Assembly (NCBI GenBank): GCA_951406725.2 | Contig: OX597827.1 | Coordinates: 6,634,001-6,698,000, forward strand | Reading direction: 5' to 3' | Source: Octopus vulgaris | Lineage: Eukaryota | DNA length: 64,000 bases | In this document: one piece after another, positions 26,205 through 39,506 of the stretch | How the letters are laid out: each line of letters starts with the position of its first letter | Position numbering within the stretch: the first letter of the stretch is position 1 | The notes under the pieces: generated by a model | The model's database searches: none | The model's input: the letters and a program-made list of their open reading frames with translations, nothing else | Told to the model about the DNA's origin: nothing | Translations under genes and position numbers: made by a program

Positions 26205-26875
26205 CTCTTCTTCTTACAGCATTCACCCGGGGTGGGTTGAGCTGGCTTCATTCATCCTCAATGCTGCATCTCTCACAAACGCCGACCAGGCCTGGCGATT
26301 TAGGGCTAACGACCACGTGATCTCCAACCACTCCTTATTCCAGCGACGAACACCATAGACATGGGGGCCTAGGTTGGGTTCCAGATCAGCCTTGACTGTC
26401 ATCAGCCAGGTTTTTCGTTGTCCACCACATCACTTTCGCCAACCCTGAAGGGGAGCTGGGGCAATTGCTTCGTAGGTTGGGTTCCAGATCAGCCTTTGAC
26501 TGTCATCAGCCAGGTTTTTCGTTGTCCACCACATCACTTTCGCCAACCCTGAAGGGGAGCTGGGGCAATTGCTTCATAGGTTGGGTTCCAGATCAGCCTT
26601 GACTGTCATCAGCCAGGTTTTTCGTTGTCCACCACATCACTTTCGCCAACCCTAAAGGGGAGCTGGGGCAATTGCTTCGTAGGTTGGGTTCCAGATCAGC
26701 CTTGACTGTCATCAGCCAGGTTTTTCGTTGTCCACCACATCACTTTCGCCAACCCTAAAGGGGAGCTGGGGCAATTGCTTCGTAGATGAATTCTCCTGGT
26801 TGACGACGGAGGGCATGACCCAGCCAATGCAGACGTCTCGTTAGGATGACTTGTCGGAGGGAGGTGATTCTGCTG
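26205..26875 (-). pseudogene. RTE-clade LINE ORF C-terminus (5'-truncated) with internal 4x103-bp amplification
   Basis: Minus-strand translation RRLHWLGHALRR...GWRK*CGGQRKTWLMTVKADLEP...VYGVRRWNKEW...LALNRQAWSAFVRDA; (aag) tail. Confidence 0.85.
26370..26785. repeat. Tandem repeat, 4 x 103/104 bp, near-identical
   Basis: taggttgggttccagatcagcc at 26370, 26473, 26577, 26680. Confidence 0.97.
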
Positions 26876-27190
26876 TTTAATACTGTATCAGTATTATTTC
26901 AGTGAAGTCAGTGAGGTTGGATAAGTTTGCAGGCCATGGGTAGAAGAGAAATCTGAATGTTCCAAAACTACCTTTTTTGTCTGGGCAAGAGAAACAAAAT
27001 TTTTAATTTATTTCTACTTGATTTCTCTCTCAAATGAAGAGTCCACCATAACACTTCTAATCTGTCTTTTCTTTATGGCATATGAACTTCATCAGCTAGC
27101 CAGGTGCCCTCTCTATACCCAGTGTTGTGCTATATTAATACAATAAACCAGACTCCATATTTTATAGGCTTCTATCTGTGAATTTATATA

Positions 27191-27595
27191 AGCGTAGGAG
27201 TGGCTGTGTGGTAAGTAGCTTGCTTACCAACCACATAGTTCCAGGTTCAGTCCCACTGCATGACACCTTGGGCAAGTGTCTTCTACTATAGCCTCAGGCC
27301 GACCAAAGCCTTGTGAGTGGATTTGGTAGAGGGAAACTGAAAGAAGCCTGTCGTATATATGCATATGTATATGTATGTATGTGTGTGTGTGTGTTTGTGT
27401 GTCTGTGTTTGTCTCCCCAACATCACTTGATAACTGATGCTGGTATGTTTACATTCCCATAACTTAGTGGTTTGGCAAAAGAGACCAATAGAATAAGTAC
27501 TAAGCTTACAAAGAATAAGTCCTGGGGTCAATTTGTTCGACTAAAGGCGGTGCTCCAGCATGGCTGCAGTCAAATGACTGAAACAAGTAAAGAGT
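27191..27595 (+). mobile_element. Family A SINE, full length
   Basis: Matches 16189-16600. Confidence 0.9.
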
Positions 27596-29646
27596 TAGCT
27601 CAAAAAACTTAATTGTGTATTTTCACCAAAGCAGACATTCTCCAGTTTCTCCAAACATTATGTCTTTTACACAGGTGTTATTCTAGTAATTTGCTATTAA
27701 TCTTTGACATCGTTTCAATGCTTAAATAATACACAATGCAGTTATGAGTGTATGATAGATGCTTTCTAGGTTGACTATGCACCAATACATATACACATAG
27801 GCTTGGGTAAGTTTTTTTTCTTTTAGGAAAGACAAGCAGTTGCTTGAGTATTCAAGTCTCCCCTCTCTGTTCCACTGATGTTTATCTAAGACAAGACTCT
27901 TGACTTGGGCTGATGTACCTTGGCATCAGAGTCATCTCAGGCATTCCTATTAGAATGCTGAGGTGGAAGAGATAATGAAAGGCATTTTACCTGACCCTTG
28001 CTTACAATTCTGTCAATCTGGATTGACAATTTTGCGACTGGAATTTTTTTCTTTATCAATCCTGAAAGGAGAGGAAAAGCAGTGTTGGGCTTGCTGGGAT
28101 TTGAACTCAGAGTACAGACGACAGGAACAAATGACACAAGACGTTCTATCTGATGTTTTAGCAACTTTGACAATTCGTTGATAGAGACAACAGTTATGAA
28201 ATAGGTTTTAGGCCCTGTCAGAAATGGTAAAAATCCCTAACTAAAATATCTAACATAATTTGGTTGGTGTTTAAATTCTGCCAATATCAGTTTTGTCTTT
28301 CATCCCTCAGAAATTGAATTAGGTGTCTGACAAATTACTTGAGTCAGTTCAGTGGAATATTATTTTACTCACTTTTACAGATTTCCTGCTCTCTCTCTCT
28401 CTCTCTCTCTCGCTCTCGCTCTCTCTCCTTCTTTCATTCTGTCTCTCTCCACTTCATCCCTCCTTCATTCTCATCACTCCCCCATCTCACTCTGTCTCTC
28501 TTGCATCTTTCTTCTTTTCTCTTTCTGCAAAGACAAGAGTCTAGAACTTTAAACTCCATCATAGCATAAAACATATTCCACTGCTTGAACTTTGTATTGC
28601 TTTTTCTCTCTCTCTGTAGAGCACCACCAGTTTCATTGTGACAGCCTTTCTATATTTTGTTTATGAAAGGCATCAATATCACACACAACAATTTCATTTT
28701 CCTCTTAATCTGAAACAGTTTTTTCCTGCTCATAGTAACATTGCCCTTCTGTGCTGTTCTGTTATCATTGTGCAACCCCATCTCTCTGTTATTATATTAC
28801 AGAACCATGACTGTTAAAATAATATATTTTCATTTGATGAATAACTTACTTGTTTCTATTTTACAGGGTCTATTTAATATACTAGGGCATCTCAGTTTTT
28901 CTAGTACATTTGACCCTGTTTAAACAACCTTATTTCTTGTTGTGCCTTTAGGGTAATTTCCCTTTAAAACAGGAGCTCAAGAAAATTGGTGCTTGGCTTC
29001 GGTTGCTGTGTAAACAAGTATTTTTTCCTGATACTCATTAAATGTCTCATTTTAAAGACACTCGGTAAAATGTTATAATTATTGAACCAAAGTAAATATA
29101 TGATTAATCATCTTAAATAAAAAAAAAAAAAGAAATAAGGAAAGCAACCTGTCTGTGCATGTGTTTCATTCTATTTTTCTTCCCTTCAGTGGTTTAGTTT
29201 TAATAAGGTTTAATTACTCTCGCTTAATCTTTACAGGCTAATCTGAATGTAGCCGGATACTATGGAGGAAAATAAAATAAAAAAAATTTTGATACAAATC
29301 TATGATAGGGGAATTGAATTTCAGAGAAATACACATTTTACTACAGGATTGTCAGGGGAAAATTTTTATTCCAGACAGTTAGTTCTGTGGAGAAAAGACT
29401 GGGACAGCTACAGTGTTTGTATAATAGGGAGGTTGGTAATGAAAACTATTGACATAGGGAGGGAAAGTAAGAGAAACTCCAGCAACTTCTATGAGGCTTT
29501 GACACAGTTGTGTCACAGAGAGCAAAATTCTGGATGTGACTGAAGAAGAGAAACAGTTATCAAGAGCAGTTTTGCTTTTTGTATTTATTTATGTAGATTT
29601 ATTCATTTATTTTAGTTGTTGTTGCAGTCGTTATTATTATTATTAA

Positions 29647-29970
29647 GGCAGCTGAGCTGGTAGAATCGTTAGCATGCATGGCAACATTCTTAGAGGCATT
29701 TTGTTCGTCATTACATTCTGAGTTCAAATTCTGCTGAGGTTGACTTTGCCTTTCATCCTTTCAGGTTTGATAAAATAAGTACCAGTTGAGTACTGGGGTT
29801 GATGTAACTGACATACACCCACCTCCAAAATTACTGGCCTTGTACCTAAATTTGTTTTGACTTTCATCCTTTCGGTGTCGATAAATTAAGTACCAGTGAA
29901 ACACTGGGGTTGATGTAATCAACTATCTCCTTCCCCCAAATTTCAGGCCTTCTACCTATAGCAAAGAGGA
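29647..29970 (+). mobile_element. Family C SINE variant with duplicated central domain
   Basis: ctttcatcctttc..gataaa.taagtaccag...ctggggttgatgtaa occurs twice (29750, 29861). Confidence 0.75.
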
Positions 29971-29974
29971 TTAT

Positions 29975-30447
29975 AATTACTATTATTATTCAGTAGTTTT
30001 ATTTTTATTTTTATAGCGTGCTTTCACTTCACTACCGAGCGCAGCTCTGTGTGCCTTGGGTATGTGCTGTGATTTGTCGTGATGCTCTGATGGTTATTGT
30101 ATGGAAAGTGTTCTGCGTAGGATGTGGGCAGTGCCTAGTAGTGCAATTTTCTGTATGTTATATGTGTTTGTAAGTCCTGGTGTTTTTGTTATGTATTTGT
30201 CTGAATATTTTTTTATCATGCCTAATGCACCTACTATGATAGAAATTGTTTCTGTTTTCAGATTCCACATTCTAGTTACCTCTATTTCCAGGTCTTTGTA
30301 TTTTGAGAGTTTCTCCATTTCTTTTAGAGACACGTTGTCATCTGCCGGTATTGATACATCAATTAAAAAGCATTTTTTTCTTCATGATCTCTGACAACTA
30401 TATCTGGTCTGTTGGCCTTAATTTCTCTATCTGTGTGTATCGGCATA
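29975..30447 (-). pseudogene. R4/Dong-type non-LTR retrotransposon 3' end with restriction-like endonuclease motif
   Basis: Minus-strand frames give MPIHTDREIKANRPDIVV...CFLIDVSIPADDNVSLKEMEKLSKYKDLEIEVTRMW...GALG...ALLGTAHILRRTL (RPD..D..EKxxKYxDL); flanked by TAA repeats. Confidence 0.88.
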
Positions 30448-30449
30448 TC

Positions 30450-30501
<52 letters not shown>

Positions 30502-31055
30502 GAGTGAGAGAGCAGTGCATGCCATCAAAGTGACACTGGGGTAAAATATACGAAGCCCAGTATACCCATCATGACTACCCATCTGATAAGAGTACACCAA
30601 GCACATGCATCGCAACCATATGTGCATGACATGGTGATCTCATATCAAGAAAAACCTCACATGACCTTGCAGGTGGGGCCCAGTTAGAATTTTCTTCTGG
30701 TTGAATAACCCATTCTGCTCAAAAGATCCCTGAATAAGGGTTGTTTAAAGATGTTGAACAAAACACCCATGTTTCCAGAGATGATTTATTCAAACCCCAA
30801 AGAATTCTTCTCAACACATGCCTATGTTGCTCCCCAACTACTTCTGCTCGTGATCAGTGATGCACATATCATCAGCCACTAAGAGACATGGTCAACTGGT
30901 TAAAGTCAAACAACTGACAAACAAATCTGTGGTATTGAGCAGAATATTTGCTGTAGCCCATCTTTTATACCAAGACAAAACAAAGTACATGGTAACACTT
31001 TCAATCAGTTAAGATCAGAAGCCACAAGAGCCACTGCCTGGTACTGCATTAGGGC

Positions 31056-31058
<3 letters not shown>
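30502..31058. mobile_element. ~555-bp non-coding element inserted within a (TAA)n array
   Basis: Sharp boundaries against (tat)n at 30449-30501 and 31059-31174; no ORF. Confidence 0.6.
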
Positions 31059-31149
<91 letters not shown>

Positions 31150-31360
31150 GTTATTATTATTATTACTATTATTATGTAGGGTATTGAACTCACAACCTTA
31201 TGACCATGAACTGAATACTCTAGCCAACTTCTTCTGGAAGGGGATATGTATCTGCTTGATTCTCAACTCAGCATACAATATTTCTAACATTAATATTTAT
31301 ATTTAGTGAATTATAAAATGCCAATAAAATATTTTTAGTATTATTATTACTAATATAGTT

Positions 31361-31696
31361 AGGCACATGGCTCAGTGGGTAGAGCAACAAACTTACGACC
31401 GTCAGGTTGTGAGTTTGAATCCCGGACCAGGTTGAATGTTGTGTTCTTGAGCAAGACACTTTATTTCACATTGCTCCAGTTCACTCAGCTGTAGAAATGA
31501 GTTGCGACGTCACTGGTGCCAAGCTGTATCAGCCCCTTTGCCTTTCCCTTGGATAACACTGGTGGCATGGAGAGGGGAGGCTGGTATGCATGGGCGACTG
31601 CTGGTCTTCCATAAACAACCTTGCCCAGACTTGTGCCTGGGAGGGTAACTTTCTAGGTGCAATCCCACGGTCATTCATGACCGAAGGGGGTCTTTG
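31361..31696 (+). mobile_element. tRNA-derived SINE (body Y, CORE-like) with a distinct tail
   Basis: tggctcagtgggtagagc / gagtttgaatccc boxes; ttgtgttcttgagcaagacactt...cactcagctg shared with 55300 and 61667. Confidence 0.8.
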
Positions 31697-32546
31697 CAAG
31701 TTAGTAAGAAAAAATCTCATTTATGAATACAAAACTATTTCATTTAAATAATACAGCTACAGACCAAAAGGGAAGTATGAAGACCACTAATTCTTGTTTC
31801 TCTACTCTTACCGTATCAATGAAGTTGAGACCTTCTATACTGTTAGTGTTTGTACTGAAATTAAAATCTTGATTAAAAACCTCGTTATAACATAAATGAT
31901 TAGTCAGCATTAACATAACGTATTGAAATATATAAAGTAACAAATATTCTAACTGAATTCCTGTAGAATCTTGATCACATTAAAAATTAATTAAAATACA
32001 GACAGTAAACTCATTAGAAATTTTGCACCAACAAGTTTTAAATTTGTTTAGTACTTATGTTTGAGTAATTCAGTAAATATTATACTAATTAGGTCAAATA
32101 CATACATACACATACATTTAAATGCACACACACACACGCACACACGCACGTGCGCACATACACACACACATACACGTACACATGGGGAACAGCATTTTTA
32201 AACATTACATTAAAAACAAGACAATGTCTACTTCACCCCTTTTTTATTACAGTTTATTTTATTTTGGTTGGAGGATTAGTATCTCAGGCCCTAATAGTTC
32301 AGTTGGAATAATAAAGTTCCCGAATTCACCTTTATCAACGTTGCCATAGTATATCAGCTCCATCTTCTGGTTGTGTAGTGATTTTGTCTTCAATACTGGC
32401 CTTTTTATGAAAGGTGGTACAGACTTTCTTACCAGAATTGAACCAATAGATCATTAGAATTTTGTCTTGTCAAATTTGAATTTGTGATGTATATATTGTG
32501 TATTATCTGTAGCCTTGTTTAATTAAACTAATATAATATAAAAAAG

Positions 32547-32865
32547 GTGGAGGCGCAATGGCCCAGTGGTTAGGGCAGCAGACTCACGGTTGGAGGATCG
32601 CGGTTTTGATTCCCAGACCAGGCGTTGTGTGTGTTTATTGAGTGAAAACACCTAAAGCTCCAGGAGGCTCCAGCAGGGGGTGGGAGCAACCCTGTTGTAC
32701 TCTTTCGCCCCAACTTTCTCTCACTCTCTCTTCCTGTTTCTTGAGTAACACTGCAAAGGACTGGTGACTCATTCAGCTAGTGGGGGAACACATACACCAT
32801 AGAAACTGGGAAACTGAACCCATGAGCCTGGCTAGGCTTGAAAAGGGCACATAAATAAATAAATA
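32547..32865 (+). mobile_element. Family B SINE (body X, tail B2) with TSD aatataaaaaag
   Basis: Head ggaggcgcaatggcccagtggttagggc; tail catgagcctggctaggcttgaaaagggc(ataa)n. Confidence 0.9.
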
Positions 32866-33590
32866 AATATAAAAAAGAAAACGTGATTGAAAGAGCATTA
32901 TAAATGTTAATAATAAACTCCTAATCATATTTCGAGTGAAAGCATAGAAAATAGATATCTACAAAAGAGGTACTAAATACTCAACAAAAGGAGCAAAGAA
33001 GCCATATATGATTTTAAGATATAGTGCATCTCCAGAGACTTCAGCATTGCATTTATCTAAATACCGTCAAAGGCAATTTTGTAATCAACAAAGGCAATGC
33101 AAAGAGATTATTTATGTTTTATCCCTCATTCTAGAAACTGTGTTAGAGTGAAAATGTGGTCTGTTATCCTATAGTGCCTCCCAAAATCTTTGGATTGAAA
33201 TGTGTGTGTGCATGTTTGTGTGTATATTTATACTCTTCCTTCTGAAGTTAGGATGAATGTTCAGAGAATTTAACCTTACGTTATTTCATATACATGCAAT
33301 AACACCAATCTACATTATGTATATGAGCATGCAATGCAAAATATTGCACTTACTGAGTACTAAAACCTTTGAAAGAACTGCAAAGGTTTACCCATATACT
33401 CCACTATCTTATTTGTAAGGTTCAAATATGAACTCTTTGGATATCAATGTACCTATCTATGAACAACTATTACAAAAGACTACTCAGATTCACCCCATCT
33501 TTTATCTGTGACGTTAGAATATGAACTTTCAGAATATCTATCTATCTATGATTTTCCTGCTTTTCTACCTCGTTATATTTATACCCACTT

Positions 33591-33992
33591 CTACTCTTTT
33601 ACTCTTTTACTTGTTTCAGTCATTTGACTGCAGCCATGCTGGAGCACCGCCTTTAGTCGAGCAGATCGACCCCGGAACTTATTCTTTGTAAGCCCAGCAC
33701 TTATTCTATCGGTCTCTTTTGCTGAACCGCTAAGTGACGGGGACATAAACACACCAGCATCGGTTGTCAAGCAATGCTAGGGGGACAAACACAGACACAC
33801 AACACACACATACACATATATATATATATGACGGGCTTCTTTCAGTTTCCGTCTACCAAACCCACTCACAAGGCATTGGTCGGCCCGGGGCTATAGCAGA
33901 AGACAATTGCCCAAGATGCCACACAGTGGGACTGAACCCGGAACCATGTGGTTGGTAAGCAAGCTACTTACCACACAGCCACTCCTGCGCCT
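33591..33992 (-). mobile_element. Family A SINE, full length
   Basis: Ends ccacacagccactcctgcgcc. Confidence 0.9.
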
Positions 33993-34479
33993 ATAACTTC
34001 TGTATAACTTTTATAAATGCCTTGATGCCATTAACAACTACCTACTTATTTTTTACGTTTTAATATATTTAGCTGCATATACAGCTATAACATATAGATG
34101 CATATGCTTCTACAGCAGGGGTTCTTAACTGAGAATATCGAAATGAAAGGCTTGGAGGCTGGGATCTGATCTCTAGTAACATGTCGGATTTAATAATGGT
34201 ATTCAATAATTATACTGAATAAATAATAATTTTTGGGAATTCATATGATCATTATTTTATGATATAATTGCAAAACTGCTTCCCAGTATTTAGCTATGAT
34301 ATGTCGTTATGACTGTGTTTAAATTGCTTATCATTTTTATGGTCTATTCAAACATTTTCACTGCAGGTGATATCTCCCAGTTCATTCATTTATATTTTCT
34401 CGTTAGATAATTGTATCGTTATGGTATAAGATCAAATGGGAATTACACATTCCATTTAAAAAAAGCATTCTTTTCTATT

Positions 34480-34998
34480 TGATCCTCTTTTACTTGTTTC
34501 AGTCATTGGATTGCAGCCATAGTGGGGAACCAGTTCAAAAGGGTTTAGTCGTGCAGATTGACCTCCTGGAATCTGTCCAGAGACGTGCAACCAAACGCAT
34601 ACCCTCCATCAGACACCTACCATACTCTGAGCGCCTTGTTTCCCTAGGCATGGATTCACTGAAGCTCTGGCATCTGGCGATGGACTTGGTAAACGCCCAC
34701 AAAGTTGTCAACCACCTCACCAACAACAACACTGAACACCTTTTTGATCTCCATGTGTCTAACACACGTGGACATGCCTACAAAGTCAAAAAACAACACA
34801 GCTCCCATGACTTTCGGAAACATTTTTTCACGCTCAGAGTTGCTGAAGCATGGAACAAACTGCCTGCGTCAGTTGTTGACTGCCATGACACTGCATCCTT
34901 TAAGGCCCTCATGCTTTCTGAAATCCGCCGAAACTACACCTGATTATAAATACACTTTAGATGAGTTGTAGTGCACCTGAGCACTGTACACAATGTTT

Positions 34999-35045
<47 letters not shown>

Positions 35046-35290
35046 TTAATCCCAGTACTTATCTTTTTTATAGTCTGCTATATACTGTCAGTCTCTTTTG
35101 CCAAACTGCTAAGGTGTGTGGATGGGGGTAGGGGGTAAACTAACCAATAGAGGCTGTAAAGCAGTGGTGGAGGACTAACACACACATACTTGATGGGCTC
35201 CAACACAGCTTCGGTCTACCAAATTCATTCACACTAACTGGTCTGGGCTATAGTAGAAAACATCTATCCAGGTTTGAACCTGAAACCATG
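34480..35290 (-). mobile_element. Old family A SINE split by a CR1 insertion
   Basis: Tail at 34480-34555; element resumes at 35050 (cccagtactt...gtctcttttgccaaactgctaag...gtctaccaaattc). Confidence 0.7.
34556..35046 (+). pseudogene. CR1-clade LINE ORF2 C-terminus, 3' UTR and (ATTT)n tail
   Basis: LESVQRRATK...YSERL...TRGHAYK...FRKHFFTLRVAEAWNKLP; hairpin near 34968-34991; (attt)n tail. Confidence 0.92.
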
Positions 35291-35672
35291 AGTTTATATT
35301 GAACTTATTATCTGGCATTAGTTCATTTTTATCTTTACTTTGCTTTCTTTCAAAGTTATTTATCTTCATGCGAAATATCCCAGAAATAATCATAGCTCCA
35401 CCTGTGTAACAGAATGGATGGGACCGAAGAACCCCCCAATACAAGATTTTCAATTTGTCATTGAGTACAGGAAATTTAAATCTGCCAGGATTGATAGAAC
35501 ATAAAATCAAGCACAGAAATTAAGATGACACCTTGATTGATGATTTTAAGTTAAAAAGAATTATTTGTGATTAGAAAGGAATGCTTTCATTATTGTAGAT
35601 TTTCTCCTGCTGATAAACCTCATTAGACAGCCTATCACACAGTTTCATAAATGATTGCAAAAGAATAGAAGC

Positions 35673-36270
35673 TCATCATCATCATTTAACGTCCGTTTTC
35701 CATGCTAGCATAGGTTGGATGGTTCAACCGGGGTCTGGTAAGCGATCATCATCATTCATCATTGTTCGACTGTGGTCGAGACAATGGAATTTACCATGCT
35801 ACGCCAGACTTCACGGTCCATCATGGCATTACAGAGGTCCTGTTGCTGGATGCCTGTATCCCTGGAGATTACATCAGGGTAGGAGAGTGTGCGCCCTCTG
35901 GTATTGCGGGTAGATGGCTTCCAGAGGAGAAGAGTAGAAATTACCTCTTTTTCAGCTCTACAACAATGTCCAGCAAACTGGACTCTCTTACCTTTCACAA
36001 GAGATGACACAGGTGGTAGTTTCCCATATATTTGCATTTTGGTTGGATGTCGCTTCCACGAGAGATTTTGAGCTCTCATAAGGAGGCGAGTGTAGGTTCC
36101 ATGGAGGCTGCACCAAGCTCCAGTCTGGTTTGGCAGTGTCACTACAGCTGGATGCTCTTCCTAACGCCAACTACTCCATGAGTGTAGTGGGTGTTTTTTT
36201 ACATGCCACCGGCACAGGGGCCAGAGGAGGCAGGCAAACAGCCATGATCGGTTGGTGCTTTTACGTGTCA
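35673..36270 (-). mobile_element. Family D repeat split by an RTE fragment
   Basis: D sequence stops at ggggtctggtaagc (35742) and resumes ggaggctgcacc (~36103). Confidence 0.8.
35743..36102 (-). pseudogene. RTE-type LINE ORF C-terminus, 5'-truncated, (TGA)n tail
   Basis: YTRLLMRAQNLSWKRH...RVQFAGHCCR...LLLWKP...RGR...MMDREVWR. Confidence 0.85.
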
Positions 36271-36737
36271 CAATTAGAAGAAACAAAACGAAGTTTAGTC
36301 TTCTGAAGATGGTTAAAATCATGCAAGGAAAGAATGCTATGAAGTGATTGAATCTGGTGCCTTTGTCCAAAGAATTTTAAAGGCATGAGTCAAGACATAT
36401 CAACTCAAATTACCAATGAGATTAACAACAGTTCTGCAGTTATCACATGTATTTTTCTCTGAATCAACAGACATTTCAAACATCAGTCAATAACTTTATA
36501 TTTATATGCTAGGTTCACGAAGAGAACATCAAGGAAAAGTTTATATTCTGCGATTTACTTAATGCAACAACCAAAATAAACCAATAGAGACGTAGTTTAT
36601 TTCACATGAAATATAAAAAAAAATGTCTGTAAAAATTAATGATATCCCCTGACACAAACACTTGCAATACAACAACATGCACATAAACACAGATGCACAT
36701 GTGCATGTGCATAAAAACATACTCATATACACAGACA

Positions 36738-37145
36738 CGGGAGTGGCTGTGTGGTAAGTAGCTTGCTAACCAACCACATGGTCCCGGGTTCAGTCCCACT
36801 GCGTGGCACCTTGGGCATCTGTCTTCTGCTATAGCCCTGGGCTGACCAATGCCTTGTGAGTGGATTTGGTAGACGGAAACTGAAAGAAGCCTGTCGTATA
36901 TATATGTATATGTATGTGTGTGTGTGTGTTTGTGTGTCTGTCTGTATTTGTCCCCCTAGCATTGCTTGACAACCGATGCTGGTGTGTTTACGTTCCCGTC
37001 ACTTAGCGGTTCGGCAAAAGAGACCGATAGAATAAGTACTGGGCTTACAAAGAATAAGTCCCGGGGTCGATTTGCTCGACTAAAAGGCGGTGCTCCAGCA
37101 TGGCCGCAGTCAAATGACTGAAACAAGTAAAAGAGAAAAGAGAGG
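36738..37145 (+). mobile_element. Family A SINE
   Basis: Matches 16189-16600. Confidence 0.9.
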
Positions 37146-37161
37146 GTAAAGAGAGACAAAT

Positions 37162-37192
<31 letters not shown>

Positions 37193-37382
37193 CATGCACG
37201 TACATACATAAACACCCACCCACACGCATGCACAGTCGCACACGCACTTCTCATTCTGTAATGACACTAAACGGAAAGCAGAATCATCTTTCCTGTTATG
37301 ATTCAGGAATATTTAACACATCCTGGTGCAGTACTCCTGACACGTGTGTCGAAAATCATCATGTGTTTGCACATAGAGTGAG

Positions 37383-37607
37383 ACTCTTTTACTCTCTTTT
37401 ACTTGTTTCAGTCATTTGACTGCGGCCATGCTAGAGCACCGCCTTTAGTCGAGCAAATCGACCCCGGGACTTATTCTTTTGTAAGCCCAGTACTTATTCT
37501 ATCAGTCTCTTTTGCCGGACCGCTAAGTGACGGACACGTAAACACACCAGCATCGGTTGTCAAGCAATGCTAGGGGGACAAACACAGACACACAAACACA
37601 CACACGC

Positions 37608-37640
<33 letters not shown>

Positions 37641-37805
37641 TACGACGGGCTTCTTTCAGTTTCCGTCTGCCAAATTCACTCACAAGGCTTTGATCGGCCC
37701 GAGGCTATAGTAGAAGACACTTGCCTAAGGTGCCATGCAGTGGGACTGAACCCGGAACCATGTGGTTGGTAAACAAGCTACTTACCACACAGCCACTCCT
37801 GCGCC
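37383..37805 (-). mobile_element. Family A SINE, full length, inverted relative to 36738 copy
   Basis: Reverse complement of A unit. Confidence 0.9.
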
Positions 37806-38088
37806 TGAATGAAAAAAAAGCAGGAAATTGTGTTTAGCTAATATCAAAATGTGAAAAATGATCAAATTATACTTTGAATTTCATGCCTTGAATTATAATT
37901 TTACAATGAATTAAAAATCATTGAAAAATATTTAATAATTAATGTTTATAGTTTTAGTGTAAGTAGTTACTGAATACTTTACCTGAGCAGAGAGCATGTC
38001 CCTGGTACAATACCATATTTCTTGTGATGTATTTAAATCAATCCAATTTTACTTTGGTCAAAGAGAAAGTTCCACATACATACATACA

Positions 38089-38124
<36 letters not shown>

Positions 38125-38460
38125 TATACATACATTCATGCATGCACCACCCTCCACACACACACATGTATATATATTATGTATAAGGAGTAGAGACCTG
38201 GATACCTTGTCGTAGGCATATCAATCAGCTGAATAACTTTCATATGAGGTGTCTCAGGCAAATATGCAAGTTTGGGTGGGATGATAAAGTGAAGAATAGC
38301 ACAATCCTGGAAATGTGTGGAATATCCAGTCTCAAATGCAATGGGGTGGATACACCCTTGGCATGAATTGTGATCAAATGCCAAAACAAATCTTTTACAG
38401 TCGGTTTGTAAATTCATGACAAAATGTAGGCTGGTCACTTCAATAGTATTATTAATTAAT

Positions 38461-38842
38461 GGCACTCCGTTGGTTAACGATGACGAGGGTTCCAGTTGAT
38501 CCGATCAATGGATCAGCCTGCTCGTGAAATTAATGTGCAAGTAAACTGAGCACTTCACAGACATGTATACCCTTAATGTAGTTCTTGGGAGAGATTCAGT
38601 GTGACACAGAGTGTGACAAGGCTGGCCCCTTTGAAATACAGGCACAACAGAAACAGGAAGATAGAGTGAAAGAAAGTTGTGGTGAAAGAGTACAGCAGGG
38701 TTCACCACTACCCCCTGCTGGAGCCTCATGGAAATTTAGGTATTTTTGCTCAATAAACACTCACAATGCCCTGTCTGGGAATCGAAACTGCAATCCTACG
38801 ACCGTGAGTCCGCTGTCCTAACAACTGGGCCATTGCGCCTCC
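38461..38842 (-). mobile_element. Family B SINE (body X, tail B1)
   Basis: Matches 20160-20550. Confidence 0.88.
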
Positions 38843-39251
38843 ACACTCCTACAGTATACAGACAAGTTAAAAGATAATTTAAACACCTCAGTATTAGGAA
38901 AGAAAACTTTGAAAACCTTGTGAGAAACCGTGCAGACTGGAGTACTTTTTCCAGTTTCAGAATTTTGAAACCTAAAGGGTACAACATCAAGAGCAGTTTA
39001 TAGGAAAACTGGAAAAGAAACCAATAAAGCAACAGTCTTCATGCAAACCACAATTGACCACGTTGGGATTTCTTAGTTAGATCACATGCTGGCTTAATAA
39101 GTCATGCTCATATCAATATTTCTTTTGGTGGCCTGAAGACACCTGTGAGAAGTCACCAGGTGAAGTGAAGGAAACATAAACATTGGGGAATGGTAATAAT
39201 AGTAATGTGAGTGTGTTGTTGACTGCCTAATTTCTTCTCACTGAAGTCATT

Positions 39252-39285
<34 letters not shown>

Positions 39286-39291
39286 GTTGAA

Positions 39292-39422
<131 letters not shown>

Positions 39423-39474
39423 TATATAGTTGAAATTTACAGAAAAGCAACAGATGAAGATAGGTGTATGAACA

Positions 39475-39506
<32 letters not shown>

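Noticed and set aside
26370-26785. CRISPR-like array or hammerhead tandem (CTGATGA on minus strand in each unit)
   Set aside because: No unique spacers; CTGATGA is followed by GAAC rather than GAAA with no stem I/III, and the sequence is explained as RTE coding (WLMTVK)
33764-33958. Recurrent MSSNARGTNTDT...CPRCHAVGLNPEPCGW small-protein family
   Set aside because: Antisense translation of family A SINE; recurs only because the SINE does
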